A model generated the notes under the pieces. It did no database searches, was not told the DNA's origin, and saw only the letters and a program-made list of their open reading frames with translations. From Desulfuromonadales bacterium (GTDB lineage: Bacteria > Desulfobacterota > Desulfuromonadia > Desulfuromonadales > JACZKF01): a stretch of 64,000 nt of DNA. Shown here piece after piece: positions 36,187 to 44,316 of this stretch. A program made the translations under genes and the position numbers. Numbering within the stretch: position 1 is the stretch's first letter; each line of letters starts with the position of its first letter. Where the stretch lies: NCBI GenBank assembly GCA_029289095.1, contig JARFUG010000005.1, forward strand, positions 11,914-75,913, given 5' to 3'.

Positions 36187-37215
36187 ATGCACATTCTGCG
36201 TGTCTACAACCGCGACCCGCTCTGGGACGCTTATGTCGATTCTCATCCCGAGGCGACCAATTATCACCGGCTTGGCTGGAAACGCGTGGTCGAAAGGAGT
36301 TTCGGGCACCAGGGGATCTACCTCGCGGCCCGCGACAATGAAGGGAAGATGCAGGGAATACTCCCCCTCGTCTATCTCAGGAGTCCTCTCTTCGGGAACG
36401 TCATCGTATCGGTTCCCTTTTTCAATTACGGCGGGCTTCTATGCAGTTGCACAGAGGCGGAGCACGCTCTGCTGTCCGAGGCCGAAAAGATCAAAGAGAA
36501 CCTGCGCGTCGGTCACCTCGAGCTTCGGCACATGGGTCGAAGCTCGCCGGGGCTCGTCACAAAGAACCACAAAGTGACGATGATCCTCGATCTGCTTCCG
36601 GACGAGGAGAGCCAGTGGCAGGGGTTCAGCGCAAAGGTTCGCAATCAGGTGAGAAAGGCGCAGAAGGCGGGGCTCGAGACAAAGCTCGGCGGCCTCAGTC
36701 TTCTCGACGGCTTCTACGACGTCTTCTGCAGGAACATGCGCGATCTCGGCACACCAGTGTACGCAAAGGCATTTTTCCGCAACATCCTGCGGGTCTTTCC
36801 CGAGCACACCCGGATTCTGTCGGTTTATCTCAACGGGAAGGTCATCGCTTCGGCTCTCCTCACCTGGTACCGCGACAGTCTCGAAGTCCCATGGGCTTCG
36901 TCGAACCGCGATTACCGCGATCTGTGTCCGAACAATCTGCTGTACTGGGAAGCGATCCGCTTCGCCGTCGGCATGGGGGTGAAGAGCTTTGATTTCGGCC
37001 GCTCCACGCCGGACCACGGGACGTTCCGGTTCAAGAAACAGTGGGGCGCCAGGCCGGTGCAGCTCTACTGGCAATACCTTCTCGGAAGTGAAAAAGAAGT
37101 CCCCGATCTGAGCCCGGCCAACCCCAAGTTCCGCCTGGCGATCAAGGTGTGGCAGAACCTCCCGGTAGGGGTGACAAAGCTTCTGGGACCGTCGATCGTG
37201 CGGAGTATTCCTTGA
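36187..37215 (+). CDS. FemAB-related protein, PEP-CTERM system-associated type
   Basis: ATG 36187 with a TAGGAGA RBS. MHILRVYNRDPLWDAYVDSHPEATNYHRLGWKRVVERSFGH..., FFNYGGLL, and FDFGRSTPDHGTFRFKKQWGA FemAB-fold C-terminus. Confidence 0.85.
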   Translation: MHILRVYNRDPLWDAYVDSHPEATNYHRLGWKRVVERSFGHQGIYLAARDNEGKMQGILPLVYLRSPLFGNVIVSVPFFNYGGLLCSCTEAEHALLSEAEKIKENLRVGHLELRHMGRSSPGLVTKNHKVTMILDLLPDEESQWQGFSAKVRNQVRKAQKAGLETKLGGLSLLDGFYDVFCRNMRDLGTPVYAKAFFRNILRVFPEHTRILSVYLNGKVIASALLTWYRDSLEVPWASSNRDYRDLCPNNLLYWEAIRFAVGMGVKSFDFGRSTPDHGTFRFKKQWGARPVQLYWQYLLGSEKEVPDLSPANPKFRLAIKVWQNLPVGVTKLLGPSIVRSIP

Positions 37216-37221
37216 GAGGCA

Positions 37222-37319
37222 GGAGTTGGGAGTTGGGAGTGAGGAGGCAGAAGGCGGAAGACAGAGGACAGAAGACAGAAGACAAGCCAGGAGCTATGAG
37301 CCAGGAACTATGAGCAATG
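37222..37319. repeat. heptamer array (GGAGTTG, GGAGTGA, GAAGACA, GAGGACA families) merging into a 14-mer AGCCAGGARCTATG duplication at the start codon
   Basis: Fourteen consecutive 7-nt units from 37222. AGCCAGGAGCTATG (37285-37298) and AGCCAGGAACTATG (37299-37312). The second ATG (37310) is the aminotransferase-like gene start. Confidence 0.9.
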
Positions 37320-38545
37320 AGCACAAAAGACGCTTCCGCATAGGACGCACTCTCCCGCCTGCGGCGGCTCCGATTGAGCTTCGCGACATCGTGTGCGGCC
37401 TTCGAGGGTGGTTTCGGGGGGAGAGGGCCGTGCGGGAGATGGAAGAGAGTTTCCGCTCGTTTTTCGGCGTGCGGCACTGCTTTGCCGTTTCCTCGGGCAC
37501 GGCGGCGCTCACCCTCATCCTCGCCGCGCTCAAGGAGAAGCGTCCGCGACGGACCGAGGTCCTCATTCCGGCCTACACTTGTTATTCGGTCCCCTCGGCC
37601 ATCGTGCGGGCCGGATTGAAGGTGGCCCTGTGCGACATCGATCCGAAGACTCTCGATTTCGACTACGGCGAGCTAAAGAGAAAACTCGAGAACCCGCGTC
37701 TGCTGGCCGTCGTGCCGACGCACCTGTTTGGCCTGCCGGCCGATGTGCCCCGACTTCGGGAGATGTTGCGCGACCGCGAAACGACCATCATCGAGGATGC
37801 GGCGCAGGCTATGGGGGGGCAGTTTGGAGGGAGAAAGCTCGGCACCCTGGGAGACGTCGGCTTCTTCAGCCTTGGTCGAGGAAAAGCGCTTTCCACCGTC
37901 GAAGGGGGGATCATTCTCACCAACTGTGACGAGATTGCCGCGAAAATCGCAAGAGAGCAGCGCCGCCTCTACGAGTATGGCGCTCTGGAGATGGGCTCTC
38001 TTGTGCTGTATGCCCTCGTGCTGACGGTTTTCCTGCGCCCCTCCCTCTTCTGGCTGCCGAGTTCCCTGCCTTTTCTGAACCTGGGGAAGACCGTCTTCGA
38101 TCCGACGTTCAGGATGCGAAGGATGAGCGGTTTTCAGGCAGGCCTGGCTCTGCACTGGCGGGAAAAGCTTGAAGCTCTGCAGGCTGCGCGCAGGGGGAGC
38201 GTCCGGCAGTGGTTCGGAGCCCTTATGCCGGCTCAGGCGGCACTCCTGAACGACCCGCCTCCTCTGCTTCGGCTGCCGGGGAGGGCGAAAACGGCGCACG
38301 GTGCATCGAGGCTGCTGTCGGGGGGGGCGAAAAAGGGGCTCGGAGTGTCGGCGGCCTATCCCGACGCCGTCAGCGCCATTCCAGAACTCGCCGGAGACTT
38401 CGCCGGTGAAGATTTTCCGGCAGCCAGGGACCTGGCTCGGCGGATCGTGACCCTGCCGGTCCATACCTACGTCAACAGTGAAGACCGCAGAAAAATTCTC
38501 GGTCTCTTGTCTCAAGTGGAGATGCAATGGCCGCTGTCAGCCTGA
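37310..38545 (+). CDS. DegT/DnrJ/EryC1/StrS-family PLP-dependent enzyme (sugar aminotransferase-like)
   Basis: FAVSSGTAALTLILAAL, VLIPAYTCYSV, IIEDAAQAMGG, FFSLGRGKALS (candidate PLP Lys), and C-terminal VTLPVHTYV. Confidence 0.75.
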   Translation: MSNEHKRRFRIGRTLPPAAAPIELRDIVCGLRGWFRGERAVREMEESFRSFFGVRHCFAVSSGTAALTLILAALKEKRPRRTEVLIPAYTCYSVPSAIVRAGLKVALCDIDPKTLDFDYGELKRKLENPRLLAVVPTHLFGLPADVPRLREMLRDRETTIIEDAAQAMGGQFGGRKLGTLGDVGFFSLGRGKALSTVEGGIILTNCDEIAAKIAREQRRLYEYGALEMGSLVLYALVLTVFLRPSLFWLPSSLPFLNLGKTVFDPTFRMRRMSGFQAGLALHWREKLEALQAARRGSVRQWFGALMPAQAALLNDPPPLLRLPGRAKTAHGASRLLSGGAKKGLGVSAAYPDAVSAIPELAGDFAGEDFPAARDLARRIVTLPVHTYVNSEDRRKILGLLSQVEMQWPLSA

Positions 38546-39369
38546 GCGATAAATGGAAAATAACCGTCCTGCTGGCGGGATGGGCGCTCCTGTTCTACCC
38601 CGTCGTTCCGCCGATGGTGGAGACGTGGCTCAATCACTCGGACAACTCCCACGCCCTACTGGTCCCCCTGATCTCCCTCTATTTCTTCTGGAAAAAGCGC
38701 GACACTCTGGGCGAGATCGGCATTTCAGGCTCCATGGCAGGGTGGATGATCCTGGCCGCGAGCCTTGCCGTTTATCTCGTGAGTTTCGCCGGCGGAATCG
38801 CTTTTTTCGCCCGGCTGATGATGATCACCTCCCTTGCGGGGCTGCTGTGGTGCTGCCTCGGTGCGCAGATGGTGCGGCATCTGGCGTTCCCGCTGGCCTT
38901 TCTGTGCTTCATGGTGCCGGTCCCCGATTCGATCCTCACGATGGTGTCCTTTCCGTTGCAACTGATGGCGAGCAAGATCTCCGCTGACCTGATCAGCCTC
39001 TGCGCGATCCCGGTGTACCGGGAGGGGAACATGCTCCATTTTCTGCAGACCCGTCTCGAGGTCGCCGAGGCCTGCAGCGGCATACGCTCCATCATGTCCC
39101 TGGCAATGCTGAGTGTCCTGTTCGCCTACGTGTCCGAGTCGGGCCGCTGGCAGAAGATCGTCCTCGTTCTCTCGGCTCTGCCCATTGCGCTGGCGGCCAA
39201 CATCGTGCGCGTCACCGGTACGGGGATACTGGCCCACTTCTATGGCGACCGGGCCGCGCAGGGCTTTCTCCACGATTTTTCCGGCATGGCCGTCTTCGCC
39301 CTGGGGATGGCGATGCTCTACTTCGAATACCAACTGCTCAACCGAATCGGCAAAAGGAACAGACGATGA
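38527..39369 (+). CDS. xrtA: exosortase (EpsH family; XrtA-like by locus context)
   Basis: 280 aa, about 8 TM segments. NSHALLVPLISLYFFW (YSHGxLVP-like). Catalytic Cys motif EVAEACSGIRSIMSL. Arg motif ALAANIVRVTGTGILA. His in FLHDFSGMAVF. The XrtA subtype is inferred from neighbouring marker genes and was not tested. Confidence 0.88.
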   Translation: MAAVSLSDKWKITVLLAGWALLFYPVVPPMVETWLNHSDNSHALLVPLISLYFFWKKRDTLGEIGISGSMAGWMILAASLAVYLVSFAGGIAFFARLMMITSLAGLLWCCLGAQMVRHLAFPLAFLCFMVPVPDSILTMVSFPLQLMASKISADLISLCAIPVYREGNMLHFLQTRLEVAEACSGIRSIMSLAMLSVLFAYVSESGRWQKIVLVLSALPIALAANIVRVTGTGILAHFYGDRAAQGFLHDFSGMAVFALGMAMLYFEYQLLNRIGKRNRR

Positions 39370-40022
39370 TCGAGAACCGCAGATTTTTTCTCGCACTGTG
39401 CACGCTGGCGGCCGCCCTCATAATCGTCTTGAGCCTCTCTCAGCGCGGTGTGCCGGTCGTGCTCAACACCAATCTCGAAAACATCCCCATGGAGATCTCC
39501 GGCTATCGGGGAGTCGAGGATGTTTTCCCACCGTGGGTCTACGAGACGCTCAATGCCGATAAACATGTCTATCGCCACTACCGCTCGCCCGAAGGTGCGC
39601 AGGTGAGTTTGTACATCGGCTATTACGGAACGGCCAAGGGGGGGCGCACAAGTCACAACCCTTATGGTTGTCTTCCGAGCGTCGGCTGGACCATCGTGGA
39701 GCGGGGAATCGTGCAGGTCAGTCCCAGCTACCAGCCGCAGGGGGTTCGCGTCAACTACGTCGTCGCCAGCAAGGACGATATAAAGAACGTCATGCTCCAT
39801 TGGTACCAGAGCGCCGGAACCCGTGTTCTGGCCAGCGGAATCCAGCAGAACCTGCAGCGCTTTACCGGCAGGGTCCTTTACAACCGCAATGACGGGGCCT
39901 ACGTGCAGGTCAACGCATTCGTCCGAGAACAGGATGTCCCAAAGGCCAGGGAAGTCGTCACCGAGTTTGCCGGCGATATTCTGGAATTTCTCCCCAGACA
40001 TTGGCCAGACGAAGCGATCTGA
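39366..40022 (+). CDS. epsI: EpsI-family exosortase-associated protein
   Basis: ATGA overlap with the exosortase gene. N-terminal TM anchor FFLALCTLAAALIIVL. About 200-aa periplasmic domain with YIGYYGTAKGGRTSHNPYGCLPSVGW. Size and position are as described for EpsI. Confidence 0.75.
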   Translation: MIENRRFFLALCTLAAALIIVLSLSQRGVPVVLNTNLENIPMEISGYRGVEDVFPPWVYETLNADKHVYRHYRSPEGAQVSLYIGYYGTAKGGRTSHNPYGCLPSVGWTIVERGIVQVSPSYQPQGVRVNYVVASKDDIKNVMLHWYQSAGTRVLASGIQQNLQRFTGRVLYNRNDGAYVQVNAFVREQDVPKAREVVTEFAGDILEFLPRHWPDEAI

Positions 40023-40058
40023 TCGCATCGAAGCCATCACGCGCAAGGAATCGATGAA

Positions 40059-41228
40059 ATGAGAATTGCCGGAAAAGTGCAAAAGGCGGGGGCGCTGCTG
40101 TGGTCGGATCTCAAAGGCCTGGCGAAAAGAGAGATTGATTTTCACCGGGCGCGGCCACGAACCGCGATTTTGATTCTGACCTACCGATGTGATTCGAGAT
40201 GCAAAACCTGCTCCATGTGGCGCAGGGATGCCGGCGGCGAAATGGAGAAGGAACTCGAGCTGTCTCAATGGAAAGCGATCGTAGACAAACTGAGCAATGA
40301 AGGAATCCGGGTCTTCGAACTCTTCGGCGGGAACATCCTGCTGAGGAAAGAACTAGTGATGGAGCTTACGAGATATCTGTTCGGCAAGGGTGCGATCATT
40401 CACATCCCCACCAATCAACTGGGACTCGACGACGAAATCGCAGAGGCGATGGTGAATTACGTCGACACCGTCTATCTCTCCACGGACGGGACGGGAAACA
40501 CGCAGGACGCGATCAGGGGTATCGACGGTTCGGAGCGTATCGGCAGAGACGCCGTCGACAGGCTGCTTATGAAGCGCAGGGCTGCCCGAAGGCAGAGAGG
40601 GCGACTGAGAATCGTATGCAACTGCACCGTGTCGAAATATAACTTCGATCGCCTCGAAAGAATCGTCGAATACGCCGAGAGCAAATGTTTCGACGAAGTG
40701 CATTTTGAATACGCGGGGGAATTTCGGAGACCCACCGTCGAGAACTCCAGAATACTCGATATCACCCCGGAGCCTCACTACCTGAATGAGGGCGAATCGA
40801 TTCTGGTCAACCGGGAACAGGCTGTCGTCATCAAGGAAACCCTGCGAAAGATACGTCGAAAATACGCAAGCGGCCCTTTAAAGATCACGACGCTGAATAT
40901 CGATTCCATGTCGCTCGCAAACCTGTATAAGGGGAGCATACCCCACAAAAAATGCTATCTGGAGCGTTGTGAAGTCACCGTGGACCCTTACGGGAACATG
41001 GTTGCCTGTCCCTTCATCACCAACTTCATACTGGGAAATTGTCTCGAGGGAGAATTCACCAAAGTATGGAACGGCCCAAGACACAAGGTGTTCAGAAAGG
41101 CCCAGAACTCCGGTCGTCTCCCCATGTGCAGGAACTGCATTCTCGGAGTCCAGTGGAATCACGGAATCGCCAAGTCCCTGCATCGGATCTATCTCACCCG
41201 ATTCAGACCCGCCATTACAGGGACGTAG
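40059..41228 (+). CDS. radical SAM enzyme with C-terminal SPASM/twitch-like Cys-rich domain
   Basis: ILTYRCDSRCKTCSMW (CX3CX2C). The C-terminal segment CYLERCEVTVDPYGNMVACP...GNC...MCRNC includes CX12C with GX4C, plus CX2C. AAGGAA RBS. Confidence 0.85.
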   Translation: MRIAGKVQKAGALLWSDLKGLAKREIDFHRARPRTAILILTYRCDSRCKTCSMWRRDAGGEMEKELELSQWKAIVDKLSNEGIRVFELFGGNILLRKELVMELTRYLFGKGAIIHIPTNQLGLDDEIAEAMVNYVDTVYLSTDGTGNTQDAIRGIDGSERIGRDAVDRLLMKRRAARRQRGRLRIVCNCTVSKYNFDRLERIVEYAESKCFDEVHFEYAGEFRRPTVENSRILDITPEPHYLNEGESILVNREQAVVIKETLRKIRRKYASGPLKITTLNIDSMSLANLYKGSIPHKKCYLERCEVTVDPYGNMVACPFITNFILGNCLEGEFTKVWNGPRHKVFRKAQNSGRLPMCRNCILGVQWNHGIAKSLHRIYLTRFRPAITGT

Positions 41229-41233
41229 CTGTC

Positions 41234-42361
41234 ATGAAGTTGCGAGGGAGCGTAGAGACAAAAACGAGTCTGAAACTTGGGCGCCTGGCATCGGTCGAGG
41301 AGCTGACAGGCGTCGCCGGCGCCTGGGACGATCTGTGGGAGAGAAGCGAGGTCTGTTCGCCCAGAGCCAGGGCATCCCTTCTTGCCCTGTGGATCAAGAC
41401 ATTTTCCAAGGACGGCGATTTCCAGGCGCTGACCGTAGAAGCCGACGGGAAACTCGTAGCGGCACTCCCGCTGATCCTCCAAAAATATAAGGGGTTCCTC
41501 AAGGTGGGAACGGTCGCCTCGAATCTGATCGCCGCAGGAGGAGACTTCCTTCTCGATCCGGAGTGCGATGTCGGACAAGTGCTGAAGCTGACGGCGTCGG
41601 CTCTGTCGAGGCTTCCAGTGGCTTTCCTGCATTTCGACGGCATCCCCGTGGAGGAGCAGAGGTGGAGGGGGCTTCTGGGGGCGATGGCCGCGGATGGGCA
41701 GCTCATCGACGTGTCCGAGCAGTACAGGGTAGGGCGGGTGTCGATTGAAGGACGATGGGCGGATTACGAGGCAGGGCTTTCGCGAAATCATCGCCGAAAT
41801 CGGCGTCGCCAGGCAAAACTCCTCGATGAATGCGGAGGGGCGACCTTGAGGGTCTTCTCCCGAATCTCCGCCGATGAGCTCGAGCCCCTTCTCCGAAGAG
41901 GCTTCGAGGTCGAAGACCGCAGTTGGAAGGGGAAAGAAGGAACTTCGGTACTGAAGTCAGCCGGGATGTTCCAGTTCTTCTGCCGCGAGGGAGCCTGCCT
42001 GTCCGAGCGGGGGGAGCTCGAACTGGTTTTTCTCGAGCACGGCGCAACGCCGATGGCCTTTCTGTACGGATGGAACTCCAAGGGGATGCGCTTCGCTCCC
42101 AAAGTTGGTTATGACGAGTCCTTCGAGAGATATGGACCGGGGCAACTGCTGATGATGAATTTCATCCAACGCCTTCATGAGGAGCCGCTCCCTCTCAAAC
42201 TCGATTTTCACGGGCCGCTGATGCCCTGGACGCAGAGCTGGGCGACGGAATCCTATCCCCTGGGGCGGATTGTCGCAACAACGCATCACCCCTTGAGCAG
42301 GTCTCTTTTCCGTCTCAACTTCAATGTCAAGCCTCTTCTCAAGGGGAGCCGAAGGGGTTGA
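41234..42361 (+). CDS. FemAB-fold GNAT acyltransferase (CelD/BioF2-like)
   Basis: Start at ATG 41234. FEVEDRSWKGKEGTSV and PKVGYDESFERYGPGQLLM motifs shared with the other paralogs. Confidence 0.7.
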   Translation: MKLRGSVETKTSLKLGRLASVEELTGVAGAWDDLWERSEVCSPRARASLLALWIKTFSKDGDFQALTVEADGKLVAALPLILQKYKGFLKVGTVASNLIAAGGDFLLDPECDVGQVLKLTASALSRLPVAFLHFDGIPVEEQRWRGLLGAMAADGQLIDVSEQYRVGRVSIEGRWADYEAGLSRNHRRNRRRQAKLLDECGGATLRVFSRISADELEPLLRRGFEVEDRSWKGKEGTSVLKSAGMFQFFCREGACLSERGELELVFLEHGATPMAFLYGWNSKGMRFAPKVGYDESFERYGPGQLLMMNFIQRLHEEPLPLKLDFHGPLMPWTQSWATESYPLGRIVATTHHPLSRSLFRLNFNVKPLLKGSRRG

Positions 42362-42388
42362 TTGACTCGTTGTGAATCGAGGTCGACG

Positions 42389-43600
42389 ATGAATCAAGCA
42401 GAAGTCCAGATCCTTAACGTTCCAGACGTGCAGATTGTCGAGAGCGACCGGAAACTCATGACGATCAGGGTGGTTGTCGGATTGGATGGGATGGACGAAA
42501 TCAGAAACGAATGGATGAACCTGACGAAGCTGCAGGGCAATCGCGGGATTCATCAGGCCTTTGGATGGGTCCGGGCCGCCTACGAGACGCTTTCGAGAGG
42601 CGATAAGCCGTATATCGTCGTTCTGAGGACCGACCGTGGGAAAATCGTTGCCATAGCTCCATTGGCGCTTGGATACGGAAAATACAGGGGAATCACGATC
42701 CGGAAGCTGGGGTTCGTCAGGAACGACCAGAGCCCGTGCAACGACTTCATTCTCCATCCCGGGTTCGAAAAAGATGCGATGTTCGTTCTGCTGGAGCACC
42801 TGAACACATTCATGGATTGGGAGATGGTCGACCTGCACCAGGTGGACATCGACGGCCACACGGGGAAGGCCATCAAGAGCCTCATGGAAAGATTCCCTTA
42901 CTGCTCGTACGAGAAAAAGAACAGACAGAGCCCCTATCTCGTCTTCGAGAAAGGCTGGAACGAATTCTGGGGTGGAAAATCGAGGAGACTCAAAAAGTCG
43001 ATCAACAACAAGCTGAACCGGCTGGGGATGGACTACCAGGTCGAGAAGCGAAGGATTTCCGACGCCACGGCGCAGGAATTGGCAGAAATCGTCCGGATTT
43101 CGCAAAAGAGCTGGAAGCGGCGCATCGGCGCAGAACTCGCGGTCTGCAGCGACAACTGGAAATTCTACACGGAGATCTGCAACCATTTCGGCCCCGAGGG
43201 GTGTATCCATGTCTGGATCCTGAGAATCGAAGGGATTCCCGTCGCCTTCGAGTTCCATGTCGAGTACGGAGGAGTCCAGTATCCGATAAAAGCCGACTAT
43301 GACGACGACTTCAAAAAGCTCTCTCCCGGCTCCATTCTCGAATACGAAATCATCAGGAGATCTTTTAACGATCCAGGGTTGTCAGCCTACCATTCATGCG
43401 CACATAGCTATGATTATCTTCTCAAATGGACCCAAACAATCAGGGATCATCGGAACTATGAATTTTTTGCGCCAAAGATCAAGACGATAATATTGTATAA
43501 ATTCGAATACGAATTGATGAAGCTTGTGCGAAAAAGTCGATTGTACAGGTGGTACAAGGAAAGACAGTGCAGGGAGGGATTGCAAGGGGAAGCGCTATGA
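42389..43600 (+). CDS. FemAB-fold GNAT acyltransferase (CelD/BioF2-like)
   Basis: ATG 42389 (GAGG RBS), or TTG 42362. ISQKSWKRRIG and IKADYDDDFKKLSPGSILEYEII motifs. The 3' third is visibly AT-richer than the rest of the locus. Confidence 0.7.
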   Translation: MNQAEVQILNVPDVQIVESDRKLMTIRVVVGLDGMDEIRNEWMNLTKLQGNRGIHQAFGWVRAAYETLSRGDKPYIVVLRTDRGKIVAIAPLALGYGKYRGITIRKLGFVRNDQSPCNDFILHPGFEKDAMFVLLEHLNTFMDWEMVDLHQVDIDGHTGKAIKSLMERFPYCSYEKKNRQSPYLVFEKGWNEFWGGKSRRLKKSINNKLNRLGMDYQVEKRRISDATAQELAEIVRISQKSWKRRIGAELAVCSDNWKFYTEICNHFGPEGCIHVWILRIEGIPVAFEFHVEYGGVQYPIKADYDDDFKKLSPGSILEYEIIRRSFNDPGLSAYHSCAHSYDYLLKWTQTIRDHRNYEFFAPKIKTIILYKFEYELMKLVRKSRLYRWYKERQCREGLQGEAL

Positions 43601-44286
43601 AAGCCGAAATGGGTATTTTGGCTAAAACAATGGGTGAATACAGTAAAAAAGGTTTGAAAGGAGTTCTACATAAAGTTCTATTAAAGACACGGAAGTATGT
43701 TTTTTACACGACTAAATCGACATGGTACCAATTCGATATGGCCGACAGCTTGACAAGAATAGACAATATGTTTGGATTGGATTGCGAATTTCTTGTCTCT
43801 GACAAATCCACTTTAATAGAATGGCTCAAAGTCAATCATAGTATTTACCCGTGGATCTATTTTGAAAAAGAAATTGAATCGGCAATAAGAAATGACCATG
43901 TTTTTGCTGTTGTCAGTCATAAGAAATCATTTGTAGGGTATATAAAAGTTGGAATCGGTTCAACTTATATTCACGATTTTGATGTAAACATTGTTTTTCC
44001 GCCTCGAACAGCATTCGTTTACGACACATTTGTTCTGCCCGAGTGGCGCGGGAAGAATGTGGCTGTTTATGCTCTCCTCACCCTGGCCGATTACCTGAAG
44101 CACAGGGGATTCGAGAGAATTCTCTGCCACATCGAAGACTGGAATCAGTCTTCTGTGCGTACATTCAGTAAAGCGTACTTCTATCCCAGAAATACGGTCA
44201 GGTTCATTCGAATTGCAGAGATGGGATTCTATGTCCTGGACAGGCGCCGCCTCTACAGAAAACTCGAACCTTATGTCGCTGGATGA
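43597..44286 (+). CDS. GNAT-family N-acetyltransferase (tentative), in an AT-rich patch
   Basis: ATGA overlap at 43597-43600. YDTFVLPEWRGKNVAVYALLTLADYLKHRGFERILCHIEDWNQSSVRTFSKAYF fits GNAT motifs A and B. The 5' two-thirds of the gene has a markedly AT-rich composition. Confidence 0.55.
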   Translation: MKAEMGILAKTMGEYSKKGLKGVLHKVLLKTRKYVFYTTKSTWYQFDMADSLTRIDNMFGLDCEFLVSDKSTLIEWLKVNHSIYPWIYFEKEIESAIRNDHVFAVVSHKKSFVGYIKVGIGSTYIHDFDVNIVFPPRTAFVYDTFVLPEWRGKNVAVYALLTLADYLKHRGFERILCHIEDWNQSSVRTFSKAYFYPRNTVRFIRIAEMGFYVLDRRRLYRKLEPYVAG

Positions 44287-44316
44287 GATCTCACGGGACT
44301 GCATGGGAGTGGACGC

